A stretch of 64,000 nucleotides of DNA from the human T2T-CHM13v2.0 reference genome, Homo sapiens. Where the stretch lies: the NCBI RefSeq assembly GCF_009914755.1, contig NC_060926.1. One strand, 5' to 3'. Position numbers and translations under genes: made by a program. Positions 1-11,390 of the stretch are shown in pieces; within the stretch, counting starts at the first letter, position 1, and every line of letters starts with the position of its first letter. A model generated the notes under the pieces. That model ran no database searches. It was not told where the DNA came from and was given only the letters and a program-made list of their open reading frames with translations.

Positions 1-136
1 TGACTATATGGTCAATGATTACTGCCTGGACAGGAACGCAGGAGTGGGTGAGTCGTGCTGGAGATGTGCAAGAGTTTGTTCTTCAGCCCTGGCTGCCCGC
101 TTGAGCACAGCACAGGATGGCACGGTGGCTCTAAGC
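1..136 (-). other. CAVIN2: Proximal part of the CAVIN2 3' UTR (continues beyond the window start)
   Basis: Lies immediately 3' (minus strand) of the TGA stop at 139-137. No poly(A) signal is seen before the window edge. Confidence 0.85.
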
Positions 137-931
137 TCAGGAGGTCTGGTGCACCTGGAGCACGGCGGGCTGCACGGGGTCCCCATCGGAGCGCTCCGCC
201 TCCTCGGATGTTAGCGCGTAGCTACCCTCATAGCGTACCTTCTGTGCCTGTTCCAGGGCCACTGACTCCTCCTCTTCATCTTCCACAATAGTCAAGTCGA
301 TGTTGCTGTCCATCCCCGAGTTACTCCCCCTGGAGGTCGCCTTCTCAGCAGCCTCCTCTGCAATTTCCCCTTCCACCAGAGCGCTGGCGAGGGACGCTTC
401 GGAATGACCCTCTGCAAAGGACTCCTCTTCCTGGTCATTTGGCATCTGCTCACTGCTAGGCAGGTCTTCTGACTTGGTCTCATTTTCTGCATGGCTTTCT
501 CCCTCTCGGACTTTCTTCCGCCCGAAAGTGAGGGGAGAAACCTTGAAGGGGGAGCTTTTTCCTGAGGATATTTTCTGGTGATTTGACGTGAGAGATTTCT
601 TAATCTTCTCTCTCCTCTCTACAGATACGATCTTTGTCCCCAGCTTGTTCATCTTTTTCTCGATGTTCTGGCGAGAAAATGCTTTCTTGAGGCTATCCAC
701 TTTCTTCAGGCTGGATCTTTTTATTTTCTCTGCCCTACTTTCTTCCACCTTTTCCTCGGCACTGTCTTCCAGGGCCTCCTCATCGTGGGGCAAATCATCA
801 TCTGAGGAGAGGTCCACGGTGTGCAGGGTTTCCTCCAGGGATTTGTTTTCATCCGGAAGCTCCTCCTTCCCTTCCACGGCACCGGAAACGGGCTGTTTCA
901 CAAACACGCTGGCAGGGATCTCATTTTCCTC
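137..931 (-). CDS. CAVIN2: Caveolae-associated protein 2 (cavin-2/SDPR), coding exon 2 (aa 162-425: acidic disordered region, basic HR2, acidic C-terminal region)
   Basis: Acceptor tcttttcAG|GAG GAA AAT GAG ATC (AG at 933-932). 795 nt = 264 codons + TGA. Translation EENEIPASVFVKQP...KIKRSSLKKVDSLKKAFSRQNIEKKMNKLGTKIV...VLQVHQTS is cavin-2. With exon 1 it gives 425 aa. Confidence 0.97.
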   Translation of the reverse strand, partial: EENEIPASVFVKQPVSGAVEGKEELPDENKSLEETLHTVDLSSDDDLPHDEEALEDSAEEKVEESRAEKIKRSSLKKVDSLKKAFSRQNIEKKMNKLGTKIVSVERREKIKKSLTSNHQKISSGKSSPFKVSPLTFGRKKVREGESHAENETKSEDLPSSEQMPNDQEEESFAEGHSEASLASALVEGEIAEEAAEKATSRGSNSGMDSNIDLTIVEDEEEESVALEQAQKVRYEGSYALTSEEAERSDGDPVQPAVLQVHQTS

Positions 932-2879
932 CTGAAAAGACGGACAATGTAGGTTTCATGTTAATAACATATTTCACAAATAGTCCTGAGCTGCTGTAAT
1001 ACGTGTGTCTGTTTTGGAGACACGGTGATGGTAAAAAAACAAATGTTTGTGGCTTGAGTTTTCTAGAATAGGAAGAGTTAATTCTAAACTCGTCAAGTCA
1101 TTCTCTTTAGGCTGGATAAGGCCAAGGGCAGCCTGTTGGGAATATCAGGAGGACAACCGGCAGAAACTGTATCAGTGACAGGCAGAGGGGAAGTGGGCAG
1201 TGACTGAGATAGACCAGGAAGCTGCCTAGATAACAGAGCTAAAGAACGTTACTGTGCTGTGAACCCAGAGGCCCTCTCTCTCCTATCCTCTTTTGAGGTC
1301 AGAGGGCTTGGGCCTGCCAAAATCCCACTGCAGGAGAGCCTGAAGATCAAGTTGGCAGATAAAAGATAGGGCAAGGGTGAGAACTGAGAAGTCTTCAAGT
1401 ACCAGACACACACACATAAAGCCTTGACTGGGTTCCCTCTCCAACTAGGAGTCAGAAGTAAAGGTAGGGCCAGCCTTAGTATCTGCTCAAAGGTGCACAC
1501 TAATTTTGCTGAGGACATCGTTTAAGAGTGAGAGAAGCAAGGACTAGGCTTCCTGGGGGTGCACTCAGGAAGCCTTCTGGTTTAGAATATCCTTTGGGGA
1601 GTTACTAAGCGGAGGTGAGATCTTAGGGTTATTTTTAGAGTAGTGAGGGGAAATTATGCTGCCAGCCATAGTTTATCAATTCTCTAGTGTTACACAGAGC
1701 TTCTTTGGGCAAGAATACTTTGGCCCTCACTTCCAGCGAAGAGTGAGGAGAGAAGCACAGAAAGCTGCCCCCTTCACCGTTGCCAGCACTCTCCTCCAGC
1801 TGCCGGGCACACAGGCAAAGATGGCTCCTCTTGGCTCTCAAGGAGCAGCACCTGAACACTCAACTCTAGAGTGGAAGGGGGATGGTGTTGCAACCTTGCT
1901 CACTGGGGAGTTTTGAATGCAGACAGACTCGGGTTACACAGCTAAAGAACTCTTGATTTTTAAATATTTTTCTTTGAATACTGGAAAAGGAGAGCCAGTC
2001 AGCAAGATGTCTTCACATCTTTTTTGAAAGAAATGGCACAGTAGTGAATGTGTGGCCAGAGGCCTGAGTCTCAGTCTTTGCTGTACTACTGAATAGCAGG
2101 ACAGCTTTCAGCAAATAACTTAATCTCCTTGGGTCTCAGTTTCTTCCAGATATGAACAAGAGATTTGACCTAGATTAGCAGCTTTCATACTGCACTCCCA
2201 GGGGTACCAGGGGCTCTGCTGGAATGCCAGAGGGGGGCAAAGCTCCAGACCCCCCTGCCACCTCTCCTGCAACCAGAGCCTCAGGATTGCCTGATTATAT
2301 CTAAGGCTGTTCAGTAAACTTTCAGTTTGAAAAATAACTGGATTTAGTGGATTTTAAAGTCTACCTGGGACTTAAACGTCATGCAAAGTTTATGTTAATG
2401 GCAAGAACTTCCCTTCTTGTTTTGTAATTTTGATTGACCGAAAAGATGAAAACATGCTTTAAGAGTGTCACTTTATATTTGATACAAAGACTAAATAAAG
2501 TTTAGATATTATACAGAAACTTAAAAAAACCCTCTCCTTGTTAACAACTGAATGGTAGAATTATGATATTCCTTGAAAAATACAACCCTGTGTCTCCCCT
2601 TATACACACTATACAGAGTCCTTTCCATAAATTGGTTAGAAACAAAGGGTAATGTCTTGTGTCGACGCAAAAAGCAGAAAAGTCCAATTAAATAGAATTC
2701 CTCGTTAGAGTGACGATATCATATATTGTGTTTCCCAAAACTCTCTCCACACTCTGCCATTTTGAATGTCATGGTTAAGTGTCCAGGCCATAGTAAAAGA
2801 CAAAGTAAAAAAATAAATAAAAGGAGCATGGGACTGCCACAGGTTATTTATAACATGGCCTTTTACAAGCACTGCTTTC

Positions 2880-3010
2880 CCGTGTTTCAAGTTGCGGTTG
2901 CCTCTAGTTCCCCGGAGTGTACTCCCCATGAGGGCAGGGATTTTTGTCTCTTGTCCATGCTGTGTCCCAGCACCTAGAGCTCAACAGCTGCTTGTTAAAT
3001 GAGTGCATGT
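2880..3010 (+). mobile_element. L2 3' end fragment
   Basis: CCATGAGGGCAGGGATTTTTGTCTCTTGTCCATGCTGTGTCCCAGCACCTAG. Confidence 0.65.
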
Positions 3011-6000
3011 TGGGTGAGGTGGCTTTCTAAGAACGCCCTGAGAGTGGCTGGAATGGAGATTGCCCCTCTTTTGGGCAGGCTTGAGGACTATAAAAGAACA
3101 AGTTCAGCTCTGTGTCTAGAAGGAAGTTTGCTGACTGCTGGTGCCATTGGGAAATCAAGAGAACCTAAGTCCCAATGGGGACAATGATCTCCATTTTTAA
3201 GGAAGGATTTTCTTTGCAGTGGATGGGTGTTACTAAAAGAGGGTTAGACAACTGAAATAGCTAAGGCTTGGATGCTTAGTCTAGAAGCAAAATTACTTCT
3301 GGGGTTTGACAAGAGGGTTGAGAAGGTTTGACAGGAGTTGCTTACAGGAAAGGAAGAAACCAAGAGATCAGTGAAATGTCATTAAAAGTCCTCAGTGAGG
3401 AAAGCAGAAATTCAGGCAGAAAACTGTAAAAATAATCCTTGGCTACCAGAGAAGAGGTACATTTTGCATAGTATAATCTCTCAGGGTAATCAAAGGTAGT
3501 AAGTTGTATAACTTCCCTTTATTTAATCCCAACAAAAGGTAGGCATATTAACTGAACTTCTAAAGGAATTAAACTAATAATATTACAGTTTTTCCTTAAA
3601 TATACATTTTATTATTACAAAAGCATAGTTGCTGTTGAGTTTTAGACTCTTTCGATTCTTTTATCATGTATCTTTTGAGGACAGCTTTGAGGAAAGTTAT
3701 TATAAGTTGAATCATATATGATCTGTGGTAGATACACACTGTGTATATGAATGGGTATTGGGGGAAGGTAGGAAACCCAATTGAACTCTTTTGTAAAATG
3801 CCAGGGAAATTATATGAGAGCTTTTTTGATGCCAGCTATAAAAATAAACCCAGCAGGAACAGAGATAATCCAGAATGAGTTGGATGTGTCTTTATGCAAC
3901 TGGAAACAAGTGAGATATGTCTTCTTGGCTAACTGCTATGCTTCTGCTGTCATTTTAATTACACAAACAGGATTTAATGTTCTGTATATTGAACAGTGTT
4001 TATTTTGTGGCTTCTGATGGCATCTACTCTGACGGTAAGCCCTTTCTTTTCACACAAAAATCTGTGAATGTCCAAGCACATGTAGCTCTTACCTTTCCAT
4101 AATGTTTGTTTGGAAGCAGAAAAATACTGATACTTTTCAAAATTTCTGTTCTATAGTAAAACATGTGAGTGGTGTTTGACAGTGAAGTAACTCTTATGGT
4201 GGTGGAAACTCAGTCTAAACTTAAGATAATGGATGCTGGATAACTGCCCTCTCCTGAGGTGCCTAATCTCACCTGCACACGTGCCCTGTGCTCAAGCTCC
4301 CCCACACACCTCGTGGAAACACTTGATATTTCATATGCCTATAAGCAAGGTGACACTTCTGCCTTCAGCCTCCTGCTGTAGTGTTTCTGATTTGCTTTCT
4401 CTTACAGGTTGCAAGACTGATGACGATTTCAAGAGAGAAGATCAAGTACACATCCTCAATTCTGTCACTGCTTCCCTGCCCTAGTTACTTCTAGGTCTAC
4501 TTAGGGTTCGTAGCTCCTGAAAATGGCACTAGGAATCCCTTGTGGGCTGCACTGCTTCCTTTGGTAGTTCTGCCCAGTAGAGGCCCCAAGAGAGCTGATT
4601 ATTTACCCTTTGTTTTCAAAAAGGTCCTCAGCTCCCCTGATGCAGGTGTTCCCGGTTCTGACCTTTCACGAGAACCCTTAGGAGTTTTTCAAAGGAAGGG
4701 GAATAAAACAGCACACTTCAAACATATATGACTGATATGCTCACAGCATAAAAATGAATGGAAAGAACTGAAAAAGTAGCATTTCTCCTTGTACTTTAAC
4801 TTGTTTGCTGTTCATATCGATCCTAGTGAACTAATAGTCCTATTTGTATCAACACAGACAAACTTGCTAACATGCTGGACACTTCTTGGTTTGAAGCTCA
4901 TGGAAGCAAATCTTCTGTGTACATATCTAAATACCTAGATATGCACACCTTAACAGAAAAGAAGACTCTATGACTCTCCTTAGAAAGGAAATCATGGTAA
5001 GTCATTTAAAAGCTTGAATAAGGAGAGAAAAAACAACAGTTTGCTTTCCTGTCACTAACTCATCATTCCTGTTGGCAGAAGAAAATAACAAAGGATGTCA
5101 TATTCCCACTGGGATGCAGTAGAATCCTGGAGGGATATGAAGACCATAAATTTGTGTCCATGGAATATTTTATCCAATAATCTCTAAATACTAGTTACTA
5201 AAATGAAACTGTGCCCACCTGACATTCTGATTTATAGGTCTCTTTTACACATTGATGGTTTTCTCCGATTTGTGTTTCTGAGGTATGGATTGCCAAGTGG
5301 ATACAGTCATTGATTAGAACTGCACCCCTAAGGCAGCTGTCGGTGGAATCAGCAAGTCATAAGAATAAAATGCATTAGTTATAATCCCTGAGCAGTCTTT
5401 CACATTCTGGAGGATTTAAAAGTTTCATTATTTTTCAGTGTTATCAAGGGTTCAATTCTTTTTTAAGACACACTGGTTAGGTGTTCTTTGTTACAAATAA
5501 ACACAAAACAAAACCAAACAAAAAAACCAAAGCACACTGAATTATTTAAAAGCTGATGTAGAAAACCCAGTAAACATGAACTTTACCAAGGTGGGATTAT
5601 AGTGTTTGTTTTTACTCATTTTGCAATTCAATTCTATAATCTCTATTATTAATAATAAAATGAAACCTTGCTAGTCACTGTTTCTCAGGGCCTCTGTTTC
5701 TTTGACACAAAACGAAGTTAAACTGAACAATTATTAAGGTGCTTTCCAGCTCTAACATGTTTGATTCTGTGATGTTAACATAAACCCCACAAAAAGAATT
5801 AACAAATTACAGAGTTGATTCCATAGTGTACTGATACCAAATGTGTTTTGTTTTATGTAAGAATCAAAACTCTAGGACCTGAGTTGCATTGGAGAACATT
5901 TTTCATTCATTCAATTCAAATAGATATAGATTACAAAGCAGTGGAAGGGGCAGCATTTACTTGGAAGGGCTGCATCTGAAGGAGTCTAGTTTTTTTTTAC

Positions 6001-7114
6001 ATAAGAGTATGCAATGATTCTTTCTAAAAAATACCAACAATAATCAGTTATTCACTTAAAGTGCCTGGGACAGTGCTCACATTCAATAAATGTAAATAAT
6101 AACAATAAGAACTAATATTTTGTTTATCTCATAAAGTAAAAGGGCACTGGATAAGTAACACATCAAAACTAATATCCCATATGGGAACACTGTAGCGTGA
6201 TAGAAACATGGCGAGTTGTCATATGAAGGCGTCTTTTATTACCTATATCCTCATTTCTTCCAGGTCTGTACTAATGTAACAGTCTTCAAAGCAGTGACTT
6301 TGGATAAAGTACAGGCTTTTTAAAAATGGTCTGAAGATGTTACACTTTTAGCGTCTCTCTAAAATTCTGACCTTATCAAAGGAACCCAAAGGATGAAGAT
6401 TTGAACACATTTATAGGCTCCATTCTCCAGAAATGTATCCACTGCAAATAGCTAACCTTTCTACTTTTTTCACCCAGTTTCCCAATTTTATGTGGACGAA
6501 AGTGTAAGCTGTCCAAGAGTACTCTCATTTTGCTCCCTGGATTTGAAATCATCTCCCAACTGCTTTTTCAAATAATCATTACTAGAACCTAAGAGGACGT
6601 AAGAGGCTACTGCATCCTCAGGGCCAGTTACCTGTGAAATTCTAGTCTCTTAAATCAAAAGAGAAAATTTCCTCATAAGTGTAGAGTAACTGATTTTCTG
6701 TACAAATTCTATTTTTTCTTTTAGTAAATGATCGCTGTGCTTAGAAGCAAAGTCTCAGTCTTTCTTTAGCATTTGCTTTTTGATCAGCAATGCCTATGAG
6801 TCTTATTTTATTTATGCTGGGTCATGTCACAGTATTTTGAATTCAAATATTGATCTGAAGCTATTACAAAAAAGTTTAAAAGAGAAAACTGCTGAATTTA
6901 ACTAGGATTTTAAGATTTATTTTATTGCTGAAAGAGAGATGAATGTTTCTTCAGTTTTAGACACTACTGGTTATAATTTAAAGTAATTGCTAAGAAATTA
7001 GATGCTTAACAGCTATAACAATGTTGTAACACTCAGTACAGACTTAAAGAAGTAATGTCACGTTTTGAGTGGGACAAATTAAGGACAAAGTTTGGAATTT
7101 AAAAAATGCAATTA

Positions 7115-7535
<421 letters not shown>

Positions 7536-7999
7536 TCATGGGATAGATTTTCCTTTCTCGCTCTCTTATTTTTACATAATTTTTTGTCTTAAATTAGAAA
7601 CAGTAGATTTAATAAGGGGAAGTCTGGCATAGGGTTCAGATGGGCTGAAAATGATAAATTACCTAAAGACACTGAGTAACACCTGGTACATATTTGCCCT
7701 CCACATTCTCCACAGGTCTAGGAAGCAGTCCCCTTATGCTCCACTGTGAAGATTATGCTGTGACTGGAGGGTTCGTTGAGTAGGTCTTTTGGGAAGATTC
7801 CTTTGCTTTCATGGAGATGAGATATAATGTTGATTTCAACATGGCGGTAGTTATACAATACATGGTTCTCTGTGTGTAGCGGAGCTGTTTTAAGATCCTG
7901 GGCAAGGTGAGGTCAGTTTTTACCCAAGGACCATATTTCTAACCAAGCAAAAGTGTAGCCTTCTTTCTGAGCAAATGAATTTCAGATCCACTCAGTAAT

Positions 8000-8450
8000 A
8001 TCTTCTATTCATTGAGCACTTATACCATGCCAGTCCTTGCTAACTATTTTAAATGTTATTTCTTTCATTCCTCACTCTATGAGAGAGATAGGAGGGAAGA
8101 AGCATTAGTGTTCAAGAGTACGTGCTTTGAAATCAATTAAACATGAGTTTGAATCCCAGTTTCACCACTTGCTTACTAACTAGCTTCAGACAAGCCATAA
8201 ACGTTTTCGAATCTCAACATCCTCATCTGTAGATTCGGGATAAATGAGATAAGATGCTTACCAATGTATGCTGGGTTTATTAAGTGCTTGATTTTTTTTG
8301 CTCTTATTAATATCATCAGTGTATAGATGAGGAAACAGGTTTGGAGAAGCTACAAACTGTGTCCAATATCACATATTTAGCAAGTGGTAGAACTAGGATT
8401 TGAACTACTGTTTGTGTGACTCCAAAATTTATCTTCTGAACTACTATACT
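8000..8450. mobile_element. Nested MIRs: a minus-strand MIR (8000-8085 + 8315-8450) interrupted by a plus-strand MIR (~8095-8290)
   Basis: TTTGAATCCCAGTTTCACCACTT...CCTCATCTGTAG (plus) lies between ATTGAGCACTTATACCATGCCAG and GATGAGGAAACAGG...AAGTGGTAGAACTAGGATTTGAAC (minus). Confidence 0.65.
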
Positions 8451-8590
8451 GGACCACTCTCTAATACAAATTATTATTTTATCCATTGGCATAATTACTA
8501 CTCTGGGGAAACTGCTACTTTTAGAAGGAACAAGAGAGTCCACTGAGGGACTGTGCTTGCATTAGTTTTATACAAAACAATCATCTTGCG

Positions 8591-9312
8591 ATGCCTTGAG
8601 AGTTGAGAATTCTAATATCCTTTAGGCTAATAAAGGATCTTACACGGCTTAAGAAAGGTCCAGTCACTTGCCTCTAGTTTCCTGCCTCCTAAAATGCTCT
8701 TTAAAGGTGTCCTTGGGGATTGTTTTCTAAAGGGCCCAGAATGGAGTCCGAGCACATTTCTGTGGATATTCTTAGCTTCCAGTTTGGTCTTGAGCACCCC
8801 TGTTTCAGCTTTTACTCACTATATGGAGAATTTCTACCATATCTGGCTGCAATTTCACACCTGTCAATTCAATGTGACAAAACAGGAGACCATGTCAGAC
8901 CCTCACAACAGCATATGCCTTTAAGTTCCCAAGCAGTTTTTTTTTAATGTCAGATTTATAATTCTCCTGAATTTCTACTAGCATATCCTCTCCATCCCTC
9001 CCCCCAACATCTGCAGAACATCCATGACAAAACAAAACAAAACCCAATCCTGACGAATTGTGACTTTCCTCTACAAGATAAATACTTTTTTCCTCCTCCT
9101 TAACTGAGGGATGGGACAAGAGATAATTTGCCTGATTCATACTGGAAGCAGGAAAATTTCCTTTGGTGTCTCAGACTTAAACAGGTCTGTACATGTTTGG
9201 TTTTGTTTGGAGATCAGTATTTAATTTAGAAATGGCTTGAGAGCTGAGATTTCTAATATCTCTTAGGCTAATAAAGTAAGGATCTCATATGGCTTAAGAA
9301 AGGCCCAGTTAC
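8591..9312 (+). repeat. Dispersed ~80-bp direct repeat pair (8591-8667 and 9232-9312)
   Basis: ATGCCTTGAGAGTTGAGAATTCTAATATCCTTTAGGCTAATAAAGGATCTTACACGGCTTAAGAAAGGTCCAGTCAC vs ATGGCTTGAGAGCTGAGATTTCTAATATCTCTTAGGCTAATAAAGTAAGGATCTCATATGGCTTAAGAAAGGCCCAGTTAC; about 10 substitutions and one 4-nt indel by hand alignment. Confidence 0.9.
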
Positions 9313-10656
9313 AGTATCTCTTTTCAATTCATCTGGTGCATGAAAAGCTACTGCATTTGCATTAAAAGCTGAAAAGTTTTCAGCTGCAAAAGCCTGCAAG
9401 GTAGAGGAGGACATAGGCTCCCTAAACCTTTACAATATTCAAGTGCAATTTGAGGAGGACAAAAAAGCAGCGAGATGAGTCTTTCCTTTTATGGGGGTAG
9501 GAAGGCTTCTAACTTGGCAGAGCAGATTCATTTTGAAAAAGAAGACTCCCTCGGTTTAAATCCCAATTTCTAAATCTCTCTTGGGAGATGAAGGCTTTCC
9601 CTGTGTGCCTTTCACAATCAAACTGTTGGTTATAGCCTCTCCCCTCCATGGCTTTGAAATCCTCTCCTATTCATATGGTCACAACGAGACAGCCCTGGAG
9701 CGAGGATGGCAATCGCTTCCTGGGCTCTGTGCTGGCTGGATTCCACTGGGCGGAAGGGCTTCCAGCATTAGGCAGGGCTGCCCTGGGATTCACAAATGCC
9801 CACCACTTGGCGGAACAAGAGCCCCACGCAATCTCCCTGTCCCCAGATAGCCTCTTGCTACATTAATTGCATCATTGATGCATTAAAAAAAATTAAGTGG
9901 CCTTTTTATTCTAAGGCAACCGTTTGAAGGAGAAACATTTAAGACTAGCCTTTGTGACTATAACTGATAACACTCCTTTTATTTTACTTAACAGTTGTGG
10001 TCTCTCTGAACAAGGAGAGGCACGTCTAGTGTGTTTGTACTCTCTTTTTCTAGTGCATTTGCTAGAAAAGAACTCCACAAGATTGCTTTGCCCCAAAAAA
10101 GTCTTAAAAGAACAAGGCTAACTCTAATGGAATCAATCCTCTATTTGATTGGTCCCCAAAACGTTGATAGCCTTTGTATAAAGGGATAGTTTGACTTTTT
10201 GGTTAAAAATACCACAAAATACCTCACATGATCACTTCATTTCCACTAAGAGTTAATGAACAGCCACTGAATTAATTTGCCCTGTCCAGCTAACAGCTGC
10301 AGCCAGAGCCCTAAGCTCCTAATGCAAAGAGACAAATGAATTTGACTAGGGTGCACGCACCTGCACATCTTCCCAACCTGTACAGAGTGCATCCAGGTGC
10401 TCCCTGACAAATGACCCGGGGCCTACTAAGCCCGGGGACATCTTCTTTGGATTAGTCTGTAGTGACCTGGGAAATTCCCACCCCTGTGTGAAGATTTCAC
10501 ATTTGCTTTCCGCAGGCAGACAGGGGACAGTGCCTTGTATGTGTGATCCCTGACAGGCAGGACAAATGTAAAAATGGCTGTGAGAGCCAGGATGAGCGAG
10601 ATCAAGAATGATAAGGAGTTCCAGCCCGCCTGTAAGGAGGCATAGGGGGCACTGAC

Positions 10657-11139
10657 CTGGAAGATGAGCACTTTGAAATGGTTGCGTCGGAGGAGCTGGG
10701 CGTGGTTGTTCTCCAGCCGCTTCACCTGTGCGCACTGCCTATCCATGCGCTCTTTGACCGCGCGCGTGTGGGCGCTGACCTTGCGGGACTTCTCCAGCAG
10801 CTTGCTCACCGTGTTGCTGGTGGAGGCCTGGTACTTGGAGAGCTTGGTGAGGTCATTCTGGATGCCCTTCACAGAGCCCTCCAAACTGATCTGTCGCTGC
10901 TCCATCTTGTGCTGGTTCTCCTGCACAGCGTCTAGCATGTTCACCAGCTTGTCCAGGAGCGTGAGCACCGTGACTGCGTTCACCTGTGAGTTGTCCCGGA
11001 TGGCCTCCTCTGTGTTCCCTAGGTTCAGGCTGGGGCTTGGTGTGGAGGAAGGCATCGGGCTGGGGCTCGAGGGCTTTTCCTGCCGCATGTCAGACCCAGG
11101 GTGCTGGAACTTTTCGGCCTGTGCAGCGTCCTCTCCCAT
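10657..11139 (-). CDS. CAVIN2: Cavin-2 coding exon 1 (aa 1-161: N-terminal disordered region + HR1 trimeric coiled coil)
   Basis: ATG at 11139 in strong Kozak context (GCCATGG). Translation MGEDAAQAEKF...SQVNAVTVLTLLDKLVNMLDAVQENQ...RRNHFKVLIFQ is the cavin HR1 signature. 483 nt = 161 codons. Confidence 0.97.
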
Positions 11140-11301
11140 GGCTAGGCAGGTGGGAACGTTCTTTCTCTCTGGGAGCTGCTTCTTGCTCGGGTGAGAAGTT
11201 GCGGTGGTGAGGGTGTAGGATGAGGCCCGCTGGTTGGAGCTCAGGGCACCAGTCTCCAGGACTGGCAGAGGTTCAGACAGGCAACAACTGGCTACGCTGA
11301 T
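11140..11301 (-). other. CAVIN2: CAVIN2 5' UTR (upstream limit inferred)
   Basis: Lies between the ATG and a position ~30 nt downstream of a TATA-like TTTAAGAG. It contains no upstream AUG. The TSS is inferred, not observed. Confidence 0.55.
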
Positions 11302-11390
11302 CAGGGGAACTGCATTCCAGCTGCTCTTAAAGGCCCTACTCCACCCAGTGGGAGGAGAAGTTTACAGAACTGAGAACCATTTAGGGTTCA
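11290..11390 (-). promoter_or_regulatory. CAVIN2 core/proximal promoter
   Basis: TATA-like TTTAAGAG (minus, 11331-11324), MCAT/TEAD CATTCC (11313-11318), E-box CAGCTG (11318-11323), forkhead-like TGTAAACT (minus, ~11359-11366), CArG-like CCATTTAGGG (11377-11386). Confidence 0.55.

Noticed and set aside
588-935. 115-aa plus-strand ORF (and other short ORFs over 8-492)
   Set aside because: Antisense or alternative-frame shadows of CAVIN2 exon 2; low-complexity S/F/L content and no independent gene signals.
9367-9385. Palindrome AGCTGAAAA-G-TTTTCAGCT
   Set aside because: AT-rich 9-bp arms are within chance expectation, and it matches no motif I can support.
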